From a virus (Duplodnaviria > Caudoviricetes), in IMG/VR virus record IMGVR_UViG_3300028832_000102, positions 64,015 through 128,014 of that record: a stretch of 64,000 nucleotides of DNA. One strand, written 5' to 3'. Each line of letters opens with the position of its first letter. The first letter of the stretch is position 1. Of the stretch, positions 31,853 through 43,367 are shown piece by piece. The translations under genes were made by a program, and so were the position numbers. The notes below the pieces were generated by a model. That model saw nothing but the letters and a program-made list of their open reading frames with translations, searched no databases and was not told the DNA's origin.

Positions 31853-32380
31853 ATGGAACGAGAAAATCAAACGGCAGAAGAGTTACGACAGGTGTCGGAG
31901 TATATCAAGACTGTAGAGAGCTTTGGAAAATACGCCTATAAAGAATGGGTGGATGGAAACGATCAACGAGCTCTGATTTTGAGCTGTGTGGACCGCACCT
32001 TGCAAGATGGAACGGGTATGGTAAACATCGTGACGGGCGACAAGAGTCTTCTTACAGCAGCCTTTCTCCAGATGCTGAAGGACAAGGATCTCGCCAAGAT
32101 ATTCCATGATGCCCACATGGTAAATGAGATATATGACAATTTGAGCGAGGAGATGCGCAGGCTCAACAAACAACTGCGCACGTTATATACACTGGCTGCT
32201 GTCGATGTCTTCTGGACTATTGGCGTCATTGGATTCCAGATGTCTGGTATTGGAAACTGGATTACAACGATCACAAGCCTGCTGATTACTTTGGTTGCTG
32301 GTTTTATCTTAGGACGCGAGATACAGGTGGGACGCCGTATGCTCAAACGGATGAAGAATATCACAAGAAAGGAGGAATAA
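31853..32380 (+). CDS. Membrane protein (2 C-terminal TM)
   Basis: Hydrophobic hairpin near the C-terminus; start MERENQ. Confidence 0.6.
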   Translation: MERENQTAEELRQVSEYIKTVESFGKYAYKEWVDGNDQRALILSCVDRTLQDGTGMVNIVTGDKSLLTAAFLQMLKDKDLAKIFHDAHMVNEIYDNLSEEMRRLNKQLRTLYTLAAVDVFWTIGVIGFQMSGIGNWITTITSLLITLVAGFILGREIQVGRRMLKRMKNITRKEE

Positions 32381-32383
32381 GCT

Positions 32384-32665
32384 ATGAGTGAATTTGGATT
32401 TTATTTTATTATCTACGGCTACGTATGGCCTACGTTTATTATGACTGCGTGGATTGCATGTCGTGTCTACAAAGAGTTGTGGTCAGGGGAAAAATTCATA
32501 TCGCCCTTCATAAGGAGTGTCTGGCCTATGTTCATTCCCGGTGTGAGCTTATTAGGCGTCTGCATTATTGTGTTGCTTGTGACAGAAGATGTTCTTTACT
32601 GGCTTTCTAATTTAACGAGAAGAATATTAAGAAACATGAGGAGAGATGATTATGAGAGAGATTAA
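32384..32665 (+). CDS. Small membrane protein, paralog of 48650-48940
   Basis: Shared FIIYGY..P...W..RVY..L..GE..IS.F.R..WP..IPGVSL.GVC. Confidence 0.7.
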   Translation: MSEFGFYFIIYGYVWPTFIMTAWIACRVYKELWSGEKFISPFIRSVWPMFIPGVSLLGVCIIVLLVTEDVLYWLSNLTRRILRNMRRDDYERD

Positions 32666-33098
32666 ATTCAGAGGAGTCAGAAGGAGACTCGACAAAGAGG
32701 AGAACGAATGGGTGTACGGAGATTTATTTCGTACTACAGAGAATGGCAATATGGCTATTCAATGGTGGGAAAACGGGCTCTATAAGAGAGTCGAGGTGCG
32801 GAAGGACACCATCGGCCAGTACACTGGATTCAAGGATTCCAGGGAGCGAGAGATCTACGAGGGTGACATTGTGAAGATTGAGGGTTGTCCTGAGAAGGGT
32901 TACATGATTGTAGTGTTCGACGAGGGCTCGTTTGTCCTGGCTACACCCAAGGAATATCTCTGTCTGCGGAAGGGGGCACACCCCTATCTGAATGACTATG
33001 CTCGTCTTACAGAACTTGGCACCTTTGACTTTCGTGGACTATACAAGGTGGTAGGCAACGTGACGGAAGACGAGGAACTTTACAAATACGAACATTAA
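32652..33098 (+). CDS. YopX-family protein
   Basis: REIKFRG..WVYG..TIGQYTGFKD..EIYEGDI..VVGNV. Confidence 0.9.
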   Translation: MREIKFRGVRRRLDKEENEWVYGDLFRTTENGNMAIQWWENGLYKRVEVRKDTIGQYTGFKDSREREIYEGDIVKIEGCPEKGYMIVVFDEGSFVLATPKEYLCLRKGAHPYLNDYARLTELGTFDFRGLYKVVGNVTEDEELYKYEH

Positions 33099-33120
33099 CT
33101 CACAATAAAAGCAAAAGATT

Positions 33121-33891
33121 ATGCTGATAATGATTTCAAACCGATGCCAGATGGACTGCCCGCACTGCATGCAGGATGCGAAGCCTAATGGCAAGCTGAT
33201 GACCGAAGAGACTTTCGAACAGGTATTGGACTTCTGTCGCGAGACGAAACCCTTGGTGGTGAGCGTGACGGGCGGTGAGCCGACGGAGCACCCACGCTGG
33301 GCGGAGATGACACGCGAGCTGCTGCAGATCAAGACTGTGGCTTTTGTGAACATCCTGACCAATGGTGCGTGGATTGAGGACAAGGAGCAGCGCCTGAAGA
33401 TGGCGAGACTCATACGTGAATCAAAGGGACGCATGAAGGTGCAGGTGTACTCGCATCCGAAATACTACCAAGACCACGAGTGGACGGTGGAGCATACTTA
33501 TCAGTTCCGTAGTATCGGCTGTATCGCCGACTTCGATAGCCCTATCTTCATGCAGGATCTGGGTCGCGCCCGTCAGAACTGCCAGGAAGAAACAGAGCAG
33601 AGCGACCACGTGCCCTCGTGCATCAACTCTCACCTAATAGCGGTGCAGGCGCTTTCTTTTCCTCAGTTCCTCTCTATGGCAACACAGGCGGCTAAGTTCT
33701 GCCGTCCGCTGATAGACCCCGATGGCGGTATCCACATGAGTGAGTCGTGGCTGTGTCCCACGGTGGCGCACGTCAGCGATGGTGCTACAGGTGCGTTTCG
33801 CAAGATGAAGGCTGCAAGACCATGTAAGGGCTGTAAACTCTACAAGAACTTCGTGCAGTTACATCCAAAGGAGATGGAGATATTAAAGTAA
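33121..33891 (+). CDS. Radical SAM protein
   Basis: CQMDCPHC, TGGEP, LTNG; extra C-terminal Cys (CKGC). Confidence 0.9.
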   Translation: MLIMISNRCQMDCPHCMQDAKPNGKLMTEETFEQVLDFCRETKPLVVSVTGGEPTEHPRWAEMTRELLQIKTVAFVNILTNGAWIEDKEQRLKMARLIRESKGRMKVQVYSHPKYYQDHEWTVEHTYQFRSIGCIADFDSPIFMQDLGRARQNCQEETEQSDHVPSCINSHLIAVQALSFPQFLSMATQAAKFCRPLIDPDGGIHMSESWLCPTVAHVSDGATGAFRKMKAARPCKGCKLYKNFVQLHPKEMEILK

Positions 33892-33909
33892 CAACAAACA
33901 ATAATAATT

Positions 33910-34365
33910 ATGAGAAGTAGAACAGCAATGTGGTTTGAGTGCAAAGTCAAGTACGAGAAGGTACAGGAAGACGGCACTCAGAAGAAAGTGACAGAACAGT
34001 ATGTAGTGGATGCCCTGAGCTTTGCCGAGGCGGAAGCCCGCATCACGGAAGAAATGTCTAGCTATATCAGTGGCGCGTTTACCGTGGAGGACGTAAAAAA
34101 GGCACCCTATGGCGAGATATTCTTCAGCGACAATACTGATGACGAGCGCTGGTTTAAGGCGAAGCTCGACTTTATCACCATTGACGAAAAGACAGAGAAA
34201 GAGAAGCGCAGTCGCGTGACCTATCTGGTACAGGCCGCCAGTCTGAAATATGCCTTCAAGGGTATCGAGGAGGTTATGGGTGGTACTATGATTGACTACG
34301 AGGCTGCCGCCATCGACGGTACAAAGCTGATGGATGTCTTTGAACATACGGAACCGGGGAAATAA
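33910..34365 (+). CDS. DUF4494-like protein
   Basis: WFECKVKYEK..KKVTEQYVVDALSFAEAEARI, a Bacteroidota family signature. Confidence 0.85.
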   Translation: MRSRTAMWFECKVKYEKVQEDGTQKKVTEQYVVDALSFAEAEARITEEMSSYISGAFTVEDVKKAPYGEIFFSDNTDDERWFKAKLDFITIDEKTEKEKRSRVTYLVQAASLKYAFKGIEEVMGGTMIDYEAAAIDGTKLMDVFEHTEPGK

Positions 34366-34373
34366 CCTGTATT

Positions 34374-35627
34374 ATGACAAAGAAATTTGCAGGCAAGGAT
34401 GCGATTAAGAAAGAGCAGGCTCGCCGAGGTTTCCTCGGCAACGGACTGAGTCGCACGGCAATGATTTACAAGATTGCCACCTTGGGAGGTATTAAGTTGA
34501 CCGTGCCTCAGTTGAATAAGATTAAGGACGTGAATCCCCGTCAGCTCGAAAGTGTATATAATGAAGTTGTGCGCATGGGCAACCAAGGCAATGCCCGCTT
34601 CGCATTGAGTTTGATACTAAATAAATAAAGAGACCTATGAATGTAAAAGTAAAATCAACTGGAAAGATACTCGATGTATATGCCTACGAGCGGGGAGAAA
34701 AATTTCAAATCCTTACCTACATCGACTACAGAACTAACACCATCTATAAGAGCGAGGACTTGGATCTTCTAAGTAACGAGGAAGTGGAGAACCTGCTGAC
34801 CGGGCAGAAAGCCGAAGCCGACTATCAGGAGCGTAGCACCACGGCGGGCGATTGCGCTAATCAGTTGGCATGGGCATTCATTATTTTGCTCTGTGCGATG
34901 CTCATTGGCGGCAGTAAATACGCAGAGCCATACGTCATGGCGGCTGGTGGTATCTGCTATATGCTGCTGTCGGCTTTGCAGGCCCTGTGGCAGGCCGTCA
35001 CTTTCTGGATTATCAAGAATCGCATCAAGCGCGATGGCCTCCTTATCGACGACTATCCGCAGTGGGTGGGCGGCGGTGCCTGGGTGTTCTACTACTTAAA
35101 GATGGCGGTCATCACCGCTACGGCTACTTATGCCTTCTGGCATTTCATTGTACTGATTTAGAAATTGGAAAGGAAGAATAATTATGGTATCATTATATGT
35201 TATATTGTTTGTTGTCTTCTTTTTCATGGTAAAGAAGGTGACTTGTGATGCACAGGACGAACCTAACGAGTAAGGAGGCGAAACAATGAAGAATCTATTT
35301 GCTGCATTAATAGGGATACTGGCAAGTAAAATACAGAAAATGCGTGTCAGAGTGATTATGGCTGGAAACAAAAATCCGCGCATCTACAAGGTCTGGGAGC
35401 ATAACGGATGGGGCGATAGAATCAGCATCCGCAGGGTGAACAATGACGGGACGTTCAGGATTGACGGACATCTGATAACCAAGCCTGTTGTTGGTGATAT
35501 CATCGTCTATGATATTGCCAACGGTAAAAAGGCTAAAGGTGTCGTGTCAGAGACGGAATACCCAGGCGACCCTCGGGATATGTTCTTTGCAACAGTAATA
35601 CCAGTAGAAATTTATAAGGAGGAGTGA
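34374..35627 (+). CDS. Hypothetical genes 34374-34628, 34637-35161 (membrane) and 35286-35627
   Basis: Co-oriented, tightly packed ORFs. Confidence 0.6.
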
Positions 35628-35679
35628 TTATGGGAAATTCTCCCAATTTTCCCCCTAATTTCCCAAAACTGATAAAACT

Positions 35680-36339
35680 ATGAAGAAGATAATGTTTAAC
35701 GAGCAGTACGGACTGCAGACTGCAGTGCTGGAGCGACGCAAGACGAAGACGCGCAGGATTGTCAAATGGCCGAAGAAGTTCAAAGGCGTGGAGGACACGA
35801 TGCTGGAGTTCCGCCGTCGCCCTGGCGCTGACTTTTACTTCGACTGCGTAGTGTGCGATATGGACGGTTACGAACTTGGTCAGTTGCCATTGCCTTACGA
35901 GGTGGGCGACGTGGTGGCCATCGCACAGAGCTATAGTAATATTTCCGATAGACACGACGATTGGCTGTATAACAAATGTGCAGAAATGGGCATTAATGCT
36001 GATAATTTACTATATGAAGCAGGTTGGTTTAACAAGATGTTTGTGAAGGCCGACCTGATGCCGCACCATATCCGCATCACCGACCTGTGGTTTGAGCGCC
36101 TGCAGGATATCAGCGATGAAGACTGCCTGAAAGAGGGCATTCACGTGCACGACCCAGACCCCAGCAATCCTAAAGCTATCGGCTATGCCTACGACGCAAC
36201 ACCCGGCACCAACGTTAAGCGATGGTGGTTTCATTCGCCCCGCGAGGCTTTTGCTGCTCTTATCAACCGCATATCTGGTCCCCGTACATGGGATGATAAC
36301 CCCTGGGTGATAGACTATACTTTTGAACTGATAGATTAA
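35680..36339 (+). CDS. ASCH/PUA-like phage protein
   Basis: KIMFN..AVL..RKTKTRRI, IRITD..ERLQDIS..DC..EG, WDDNPWV. Confidence 0.7.
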   Translation: MKKIMFNEQYGLQTAVLERRKTKTRRIVKWPKKFKGVEDTMLEFRRRPGADFYFDCVVCDMDGYELGQLPLPYEVGDVVAIAQSYSNISDRHDDWLYNKCAEMGINADNLLYEAGWFNKMFVKADLMPHHIRITDLWFERLQDISDEDCLKEGIHVHDPDPSNPKAIGYAYDATPGTNVKRWWFHSPREAFAALINRISGPRTWDDNPWVIDYTFELID

Positions 36340-36502
36340 GGAGGCCTGAACCTATGGATATACAAAAATGTATAGATTGCGAATGCTGCATACCAATGTT
36401 TGGTAGTGGTGGAATAAAACGATACCATTGTTGTTATTACCGTGACAAAATGATATGGGTAGCAAAAATAAGGAAATGTCCATAGAAAAAGGAGGTTTGA
36501 TT

Positions 36503-37518
36503 ATGATTGAAGAAGCGTATGTTTCCTTTGAGGTGGCGAAGCTGCTGAAGGCAAAAGGATTTTTATTGGAGTGTTGTTCGTTTGGTGTCTATGAATACGG
36601 ACAATTCAAGTTGGCGCAATATCCTATGGCTATGAATGTTTTTGATGGCGACAGGGTGATTTCTGCGCCTACTCAGCAAATGGCTTGCGAGTGGTTGCGG
36701 AAGGAACAAAATCTGAGTGTGGAGGTATATCGCACGGCTTGCGGATGGATAGGCTGCGTGGTGGCTATACCGAGCGGCACGGATATTAAGTTTCTCGAAG
36801 AGAATGGCGATGATCCCGCAAGTGGTCAATACACCACCCACATCAAGGCTTGTGAAGCGACAATCAAGTATTGTTTGGAAAATCTGGTTAAGGAGGACTG
36901 AGTATGCGTATAGAAAAGAAAACCGCCGAGGAATATAACAAGGAGAACAATGTATGACACGAACTGAATGGATATTGATAGGATTTCTTGCGGGTTTAAT
37001 TGTGCTGACGTATATTCACACACTGCTTATACATCGTAAGTTGAACAAGTTGCTAAGAGCAATGGACGAGACCTACTATGAGGCAAGCTATGAGTTGAGA
37101 AATGCGTTAGATGGCACAGAACCTGACTATTTGAAGATGGATAAAATCAATAGGTTAAAGATGTGTCAGGCTATCTTTAGTATATTAGGTAGGGCAGTAA
37201 GTAAAAGTTAAGGAGGAGTGAACTATGAACATTTTTAAGAAAATAATACTGTGGCTGACAGGCAAAAAGAAGTGCTACTATCTGCATATTGCCTACAAAG
37301 CTCAATTCAGTGAATTTGAATGGCTTGAATCAGACAAGTTCTTTACCCTGTATGATTGCACGCTCGCTGATTTACGGATATCAATTCAAAGATCAATAGA
37401 AAAAGAGAATGGTAAACAGGTAAAAACGTTATCTCTGGTCAATATCGCGGAATTGTCGAAAGGACTGTTTGACATGCTGACGAAGAGTGAGAGTTTTGAG
37501 GATATTAAAAAGGAGTGA
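36503..37518 (+). CDS. Hypothetical genes 36503-36901, 36954-37211 and 37225-37518
   Basis: Each starts after an AAGGAG-type junction; first has EAYVSFEVAKLLK..SAPT..WLR. Confidence 0.6.
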
Positions 37519-37520
37519 TT

Positions 37521-38066
37521 ATGGCACAACGAATAATTAAGTTCAGAGGGAAGCATATCGAAACAGGCGAGTGGCTGTATGGTAGTCACTACGACGACGG
37601 CGGCGAGCAGTACATACTGCCTAACATGCCTGGCAGTTCCGTCGATTACGAAGACTATCAGGTTGACCCGAACACAGTAGGACAATACACAGGGTTGACG
37701 GACAAGTACGGCAACGGCGTGTACGAGGGCGACATCCTGCGGCTAAAGACGTTTCATAATTTATCTATGTCGGCTGGTGTTTCGCATGAGGAGTACAAAG
37801 AGATGCAGAAGTTGTTCTCGCTCGACGACCTGAAGGGCGAGATGGAGACTGAGAGTATCACTGCAGTGGCCTTCGACGAGGGTATGATGATGGTAAGCCA
37901 GGATTGGGAGAACGACCTCTACATCGGTTGTCTTTGGGGCGACCAGAAGTGCAGCAATCCTATCTTTGACTTCGAGGTTATCGGCAATATCCACGATAAT
38001 CCTGAGATTGAGATGCACTATGCCGATAGATGGAATCACGTGAATGGAGCAGTAGAAAGACATTAA
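37521..38066 (+). CDS. YopX-family protein
   Basis: RIIKFRGK..WLYG..TVGQYTGLTDK..YEGDI..EVIGNIHDNPE. Confidence 0.9.
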   Translation: MAQRIIKFRGKHIETGEWLYGSHYDDGGEQYILPNMPGSSVDYEDYQVDPNTVGQYTGLTDKYGNGVYEGDILRLKTFHNLSMSAGVSHEEYKEMQKLFSLDDLKGEMETESITAVAFDEGMMMVSQDWENDLYIGCLWGDQKCSNPIFDFEVIGNIHDNPEIEMHYADRWNHVNGAVERH

Positions 38067-38084
38067 AGAAGGAGGACTGAACCT

Positions 38085-38964
38085 ATGGAGATCCAGGAAG
38101 GAAAGACATACTACTTCTACGACGATAGGGCTGTAGATGATGTATGCAAGGCCCACGTGTTGAGCGTCCTGCCACACCCTGAGCGTGAGGATGACAGACT
38201 GATAGTCTATCGCTGGTTTGGCAAGAACAAAGAACATTGGTGGTATGGCGTGACAAGCATCAGTCAGCAGGAGTTATGGGCAGATTACGTTTGCAAGGTT
38301 GTTAGTAAGCACGAAGAACCAAAGTTTCATATATGCAAGATTTGCGGAAATTGTGGCTACTTTATGCGATACGTCAAAGATGATGGTACGCCTGACCACG
38401 ACGGTGACTGCGCCAACCTTGCCATGAATAAGGAGTGTAACGAGAATAAGGTTGATCCATTCCAGCCTTGGGCAAAGGATGAAGGCTACAGCATCCTTCA
38501 AGTGGATGAGAACGAAACTGCCTGCGGATTGTTCCGTGTCGGCAGAACGAGGAGGGTTACTCGACTATTGAAGGCATCACCAAACCTCTATGTTCAAGAT
38601 TCTAATTTCAAACCCAAACCTGTGAGATAATAAATACGGACTGATTATGGGACCAAAGAATATTCAACCCACGGGGCGCGGATTCGGCAAGCAGAAACAG
38701 ATAGGCGAAGAAGTGCAGCGGATGAAAGAGATGGCAAAGCAGTCGTTGCTCAGGAGATACGAGAACGGTTACGAGGCTCACATTATCGACAAGCATCCTC
38801 ATGGCAAGACATACCGTGACCCGCACAACCCGTCTGGTATTGTAGCGTGGCCAGAGGAGAGTATAATGCTATTGACAAGCACCTGGTCTGTAGTGATGTT
38901 CCTGAACACCATTGCCGACCTTAACAGAATAGAATGTGAAATGAATTTAAGACGAGTATTATGA
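38085..38964 (+). CDS. Hypothetical genes 38085-38630 (Cys-rich) and 38647-38964
   Basis: ORF track and junction motif. Confidence 0.55.
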
Positions 38965-40574
38965 ACAACATCGAACTACTTTACATTGACCTCTTCTGTG
39001 GGGCGGGCGGCACGTCGAGCGGCGTGGAGTACGCCACGGTGGATGGCAGGAAGTGCGCCGAGGTGATAGCGTGCGTCAACCACGACGCAAACGCCATCAA
39101 GAGTCATGCGGCGAACCATCCGAAGACGATGCACTTCACCGAGGACATCCGCACGCTGGACCTGGCACCGCTGGTCCGTCACCTGCAGAAGATGAAGCGG
39201 AAGCAACCGACGGCAAAGGTCGTGCTGTGGGCCTCTCTGGAATGCACAAACTTCTCGAAGGCGAAGGGAGGTCAGCCACGCGATGCTGATAGCCGCACAC
39301 TGGCAGAGCATCTGTTTCGATACATTGAAGCCATTGATCCAGACTATATTCAGATTGAAAACGTGGAGGAGTTCATGTGCTGGGGCGACCTCGACGAGAA
39401 CGGACACCCCATCTCGCGCTTCGAGGGACGCAGCTACATGCGGTGGGTGAAGCACGTGACGGACTACGGCTACGACTACGAATGGCGCCTGCTGAACGCT
39501 GCCGACTTCGGGGCCTACACCTCGCGCAAGCGGTTCTTCGGGCAGTTTGCCAAGAAAGGACTGCCGATAGCATTCCCTGTGCAGACTCATGCGAAGCCCG
39601 ACGTGTCCGTAGCCTCGCAGCTCTACGGCAACCTGTTCCCTGGACAGTACCAACCTTGGAAGCCCGTCCGCGAGGTGCTCGACCTGGAGGACGAGGGTGA
39701 GAGCATTTTTGCGAAGAGGAAGCCGCTGTGTGAGAAGACGCTGGAGCGCATCTATGCCGGACTCATCAAGTTCGTGGCAGGAGGAAAGGAGAACTTTCTC
39801 GTGAAGTGGAACTCCATGAAGGACGGACGCTACCGTGCGCCGTCGGTCGACGAGCCCTGCCCTACCCTGCCGTGCCGCAACGCCGTCGGCGTGGTCAAGG
39901 CGCAGTTCCTCTCCAAGCAGTTCAGCGGCGACCCGATGTCGAAGAACCAGGGCATCGACCGTCCGGCAGGCACCGTCACCTGCAAGGATCATCACGCCTT
40001 TGTCACCGCCTACTACGGTAACGGCTTCAATCAGTCGGTCGATGAGCCTGCGCCGACGGTCACGACGAAGGACCGCATAGCGCTTGTGACGAGCCAGTTC
40101 ATAGCCAACGAGTACAGCGGCGGCGGTCAGCTGTCCGACATCAACCAGCCGTGCCCCGCCGTGCTGACCACTCCGAAGCAGAAGGTGGTGTCGGCCCAGT
40201 ACCTGATGAACCCTCAGTTTGCCAGTGCAGGCGGCAGCATCGACAAGCCCTGCTTCACGCTGATAGCCCGCATGGACAAGATGCCGCCCTATCTGGTGAG
40301 CACGGAGCAGGGCGTGGGCATCGCCATCTACGAGGACGACAGCCCCATGACCCGCAAGGTGAAGGAGTTCATGGCCATGTACGGCATCATCGACATCAAG
40401 ATGCGGATGCTGAAGATTGTCGAACTGAAGCGCATCATGGGCTTCCCCGAGGACTACACCCTCATCGGCACGCAGGCCGAGCAGAAGAAGTTCATCGGCA
40501 ACGCCGTCGAGGTCAACATGAGCCGCGTGCTCTGCGAGGCTCTGGCAAGAAAACTAATGGATAAAGCAGCATAG
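38961..40574 (+). CDS. dcm: DNA (cytosine-5) methyltransferase
   Basis: DLFCGAGG (motif I), SLECTNFS (IV variant), IENV (VI), TSRKRFF (VIII), ELKRIMGFP, IGNAV. Confidence 0.92.
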   Translation: MNNIELLYIDLFCGAGGTSSGVEYATVDGRKCAEVIACVNHDANAIKSHAANHPKTMHFTEDIRTLDLAPLVRHLQKMKRKQPTAKVVLWASLECTNFSKAKGGQPRDADSRTLAEHLFRYIEAIDPDYIQIENVEEFMCWGDLDENGHPISRFEGRSYMRWVKHVTDYGYDYEWRLLNAADFGAYTSRKRFFGQFAKKGLPIAFPVQTHAKPDVSVASQLYGNLFPGQYQPWKPVREVLDLEDEGESIFAKRKPLCEKTLERIYAGLIKFVAGGKENFLVKWNSMKDGRYRAPSVDEPCPTLPCRNAVGVVKAQFLSKQFSGDPMSKNQGIDRPAGTVTCKDHHAFVTAYYGNGFNQSVDEPAPTVTTKDRIALVTSQFIANEYSGGGQLSDINQPCPAVLTTPKQKVVSAQYLMNPQFASAGGSIDKPCFTLIARMDKMPPYLVSTEQGVGIAIYEDDSPMTRKVKEFMAMYGIIDIKMRMLKIVELKRIMGFPEDYTLIGTQAEQKKFIGNAVEVNMSRVLCEALARKLMDKAA

Positions 40575-40577
40575 ATT

Positions 40578-41045
40578 ATGACAAAGAAGGATCCCATCCT
40601 ACAGGCGGCAGCCTGTGCGACAGAGCGCGAGTTGAAAGTGATACAAGAGTGTATGCGTGAGTCACAGCGCAGGGCTCTCCAGAAACTACGCGAACTAAAG
40701 ACTAAGCCCATCATGGGCAACCTTGACGGATTTTACAGTAGGATTAAAGAACAAGAAAACAAATAATTTACGGCTATGCTATATTTGAGTGAACTATACG
40801 GACGTATCGGGCAGATACTGCGCGAGCACGGCGACATGGAGGTAGCGAGGATGCAGGATTTGAATATCGACGGCATCCTAACGAACGCTGGTTCCGGCTT
40901 CATGGAGTATGATAACACGGACTTCTACATCCATCAGTCGGACGTCACAGAGGGCAATGGCGAGAGCGGCAAGGTCATCGCCAGCCGCAAGCGCTTCGTA
41001 ATCAACCCCTACGGCAACGGGAAGAGAAACAAGGACAGATATTAA
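40578..41045 (+). CDS. Hypothetical genes 40578-40766 and 40776-41045
   Basis: Co-oriented short ORFs. Confidence 0.5.
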
Positions 41046-41063
41046 ACACGAATTTTACGAATT

Positions 41064-41612
41064 ATGGCAAATGAAGAAAAAAAGATTGAGCGTTGCAAGT
41101 ACGCTCACATCAGCCACAAGCGCGGCTACATCTGCGTGGAAGCTGGCTGGGAGGACGACAAGGTAGTACAGACCGACGAACAGCGGTGCGAGGAGTGCCA
41201 GAAGTTCAAGTCACGGTACATCGAATACCCCATTACGGTAAACAAGATGGAGTGGGAAAAGATAGAGTACAACAGGGACTCCTGGCACTGCAAGATGGGC
41301 CAGCTCGTCAAGGTGCGCCCCTGCGGCGAGGAGTACGGCGGCAAGACCTACGTCGGCTTCTACATCGGCGACCTGCCGCTATGCACCACCGGCAGCTACA
41401 ACCGCGAGGAAGGCATCTACCATGTCGGCATGCTTCCCAACCCCGCCATCTTCGTGCCAGAGCTGCGGAAAATCATCTTCGGCTGCGGTTCATGGTGGGG
41501 AGCCATCAAGTCGCCCGACGAAATCAAAGACATCACCGACGACGACATGGACAACGTGTGGTACGTGAAGCTGGCCAAGGCCATGTTCGGAGAAGAGAAG
41601 AAGGAGGGCTGA
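41064..41612 (+). CDS. Hypothetical protein, paralog of 63040-63792
   Basis: Shared ERCKYAH, KSRYIE.P, VRPCG.EYGGKTY.G.YIGDLP, GCGSWW, WYVK. Confidence 0.8.
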   Translation: MANEEKKIERCKYAHISHKRGYICVEAGWEDDKVVQTDEQRCEECQKFKSRYIEYPITVNKMEWEKIEYNRDSWHCKMGQLVKVRPCGEEYGGKTYVGFYIGDLPLCTTGSYNREEGIYHVGMLPNPAIFVPELRKIIFGCGSWWGAIKSPDEIKDITDDDMDNVWYVKLAKAMFGEEKKEG

Positions 41613-41615
41613 ATT

Positions 41616-42263
41616 ATGACCAACGAAAGATACCTCTTGAACCTGTATGTGCATCCAGAGAGCGAATATCGCAGGAACATACAGGATCCGTTCAGACAGG
41701 ACGGCAGGATATGCGCCACAGACGGGCGGATGATGATTCGCATAGCCGAAGGGCTTTGCGAGGAGGAATACACCGACACGCCCAACGGACTGAAGCCGGT
41801 GAATACCAACGCCGTCATGCCGGAGCCGAACATGTGCGAGACCGTCACGGCGCTGATGCTCAATCATGCGCTGGAGAAGGCTCCCGACGAGAAAGACCGC
41901 CGCTGCCCAGAGTGCAACGGCAGCGGGGAGGTGGAGTATGAATACCACGACCGACACGGCGAGAGGCACACGACGTGGGACGACTGCCCGGAGTGCGACG
42001 GTACGGGCGAGGTGGGCGAATACACGGCCATCGAGTACCAGTTCACGCTCCACGGCCATGCCCTGGCCTACAAGCACCTGAAGATGCTGCTCCGCACGAT
42101 GGCCTACCTGCAGACCAACAGCCTGCGTCTTCGCCATATTCAGAAAGGCGACGACGACACGCAGGCCCTGCTCTTCGACGTGGACGGCAAGGACATCGAG
42201 ATTCTTGCCATGCCACAGCTACGCGACGAGAACCTGAAAGAGATTAAGATCAAGGAGGGCTGA
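41616..42263 (+). CDS. Protein with DnaJ-type CxxCxGxG Zn-finger pair
   Basis: CPECNGSG and CPECDGTG. Confidence 0.7.
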   Translation: MTNERYLLNLYVHPESEYRRNIQDPFRQDGRICATDGRMMIRIAEGLCEEEYTDTPNGLKPVNTNAVMPEPNMCETVTALMLNHALEKAPDEKDRRCPECNGSGEVEYEYHDRHGERHTTWDDCPECDGTGEVGEYTAIEYQFTLHGHALAYKHLKMLLRTMAYLQTNSLRLRHIQKGDDDTQALLFDVDGKDIEILAMPQLRDENLKEIKIKEG

Positions 42264-42267
42264 CCGG

Positions 42268-42936
42268 ATGGACAATATATTTATTTCTTCAGCAAAGAAG
42301 GATGAAGCCGTTGAAAACTTTGTCAGAAGCAGGAGGGAGGAACTGGAGAGGATGGTTCCGGGCTTTGTCGATGACAGGAAGTTTACTGATATTGTGCTGA
42401 ACTTTTACGAGAGAGGAATAAGGGATGGCATACAAATGATGCTGGAGCGGATGACGGGGAATGCTATTGATGGCATTTGCATATCTAATGGAGCGGAATG
42501 TGGCTCTACTATTGAATCATCAGCAGGGATGCTATTTCTTCAACACAACACATTCGATGCTGGAGACAAAGTAAAAATCATAATCGTTAAGGAGAACTGA
42601 CAAATGAACAGAGAAGAATTTAGAAAAAGATTCGGGCTTGATAAACGGAGCCATGAGGTACGTTGCTCCGTATGCGGTAAGAAGATGACCGTGCCGACGA
42701 TGTACTCAGAGAAGGTGCGCAATGAGGTGCTTCATCCGTTCTGCGCCACGGCAACCATTCTGACAGCGCAATGGCTCATGCACCACGGGTGGCATGTCTC
42801 GTCTATCGAGGCAAAACCGCCGCACATGTACTATTGTCCAGACTGCTTCCCGAAAGGAACGCCTGAGTATCACGAATCGCCTCACGCTGCCGAATGGTGC
42901 AAGCAGGCAGAGGAATGGATGAAAGAGGAGGACTGA
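42268..42936 (+). CDS. Hypothetical genes 42268-42600 and 42604-42936 (CxxC..CxxC)
   Basis: ORF track and junction motif. Confidence 0.6.
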
Positions 42937-42938
42937 TT

Positions 42939-43364
42939 ATGTTTGACTTAGACAAACTGAAAGACAATAACGCGATATTCTGGATATTCCGATTCCCAGA
43001 ATACCGCAAGATAGCGGCTGAGTGTGGATGGGCGATTGCCATCCACGGCTCGGCAGTACACGACCTCGACCTCATGGCGATGCCGTGGGTAGAGAACCAC
43101 ACCAGCGCCGACGAACTGGCACAGCGGCTGACGGACACGGAGCAGCCGAACTTCCGCCGACCATACGAGAAGTCGAAGCCTGGCGACAAGCCCAACGGGC
43201 GCATCGTCTATACCATCTTCACGGGCGGCACGTATATTGACATGAACGTGATTGAGACCCCAGACAAGAATGCTATCGTGGAGAGCGTCATCGAATGGCT
43301 ACACGGCCATACGGCTATGAGTGAGTTTGAATATGAATTAATGAGAAAAGATTTGGAGGAGTGA
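42939..43364 (+). CDS. Nucleotidyltransferase-like small protein
   Basis: AIHGSAVHDLDL resembles the hGS..DhD Pol-beta-type motif. Confidence 0.45.
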   Translation: MFDLDKLKDNNAIFWIFRFPEYRKIAAECGWAIAIHGSAVHDLDLMAMPWVENHTSADELAQRLTDTEQPNFRRPYEKSKPGDKPNGRIVYTIFTGGTYIDMNVIETPDKNAIVESVIEWLHGHTAMSEFEYELMRKDLEE

Positions 43365-43367
43365 TAT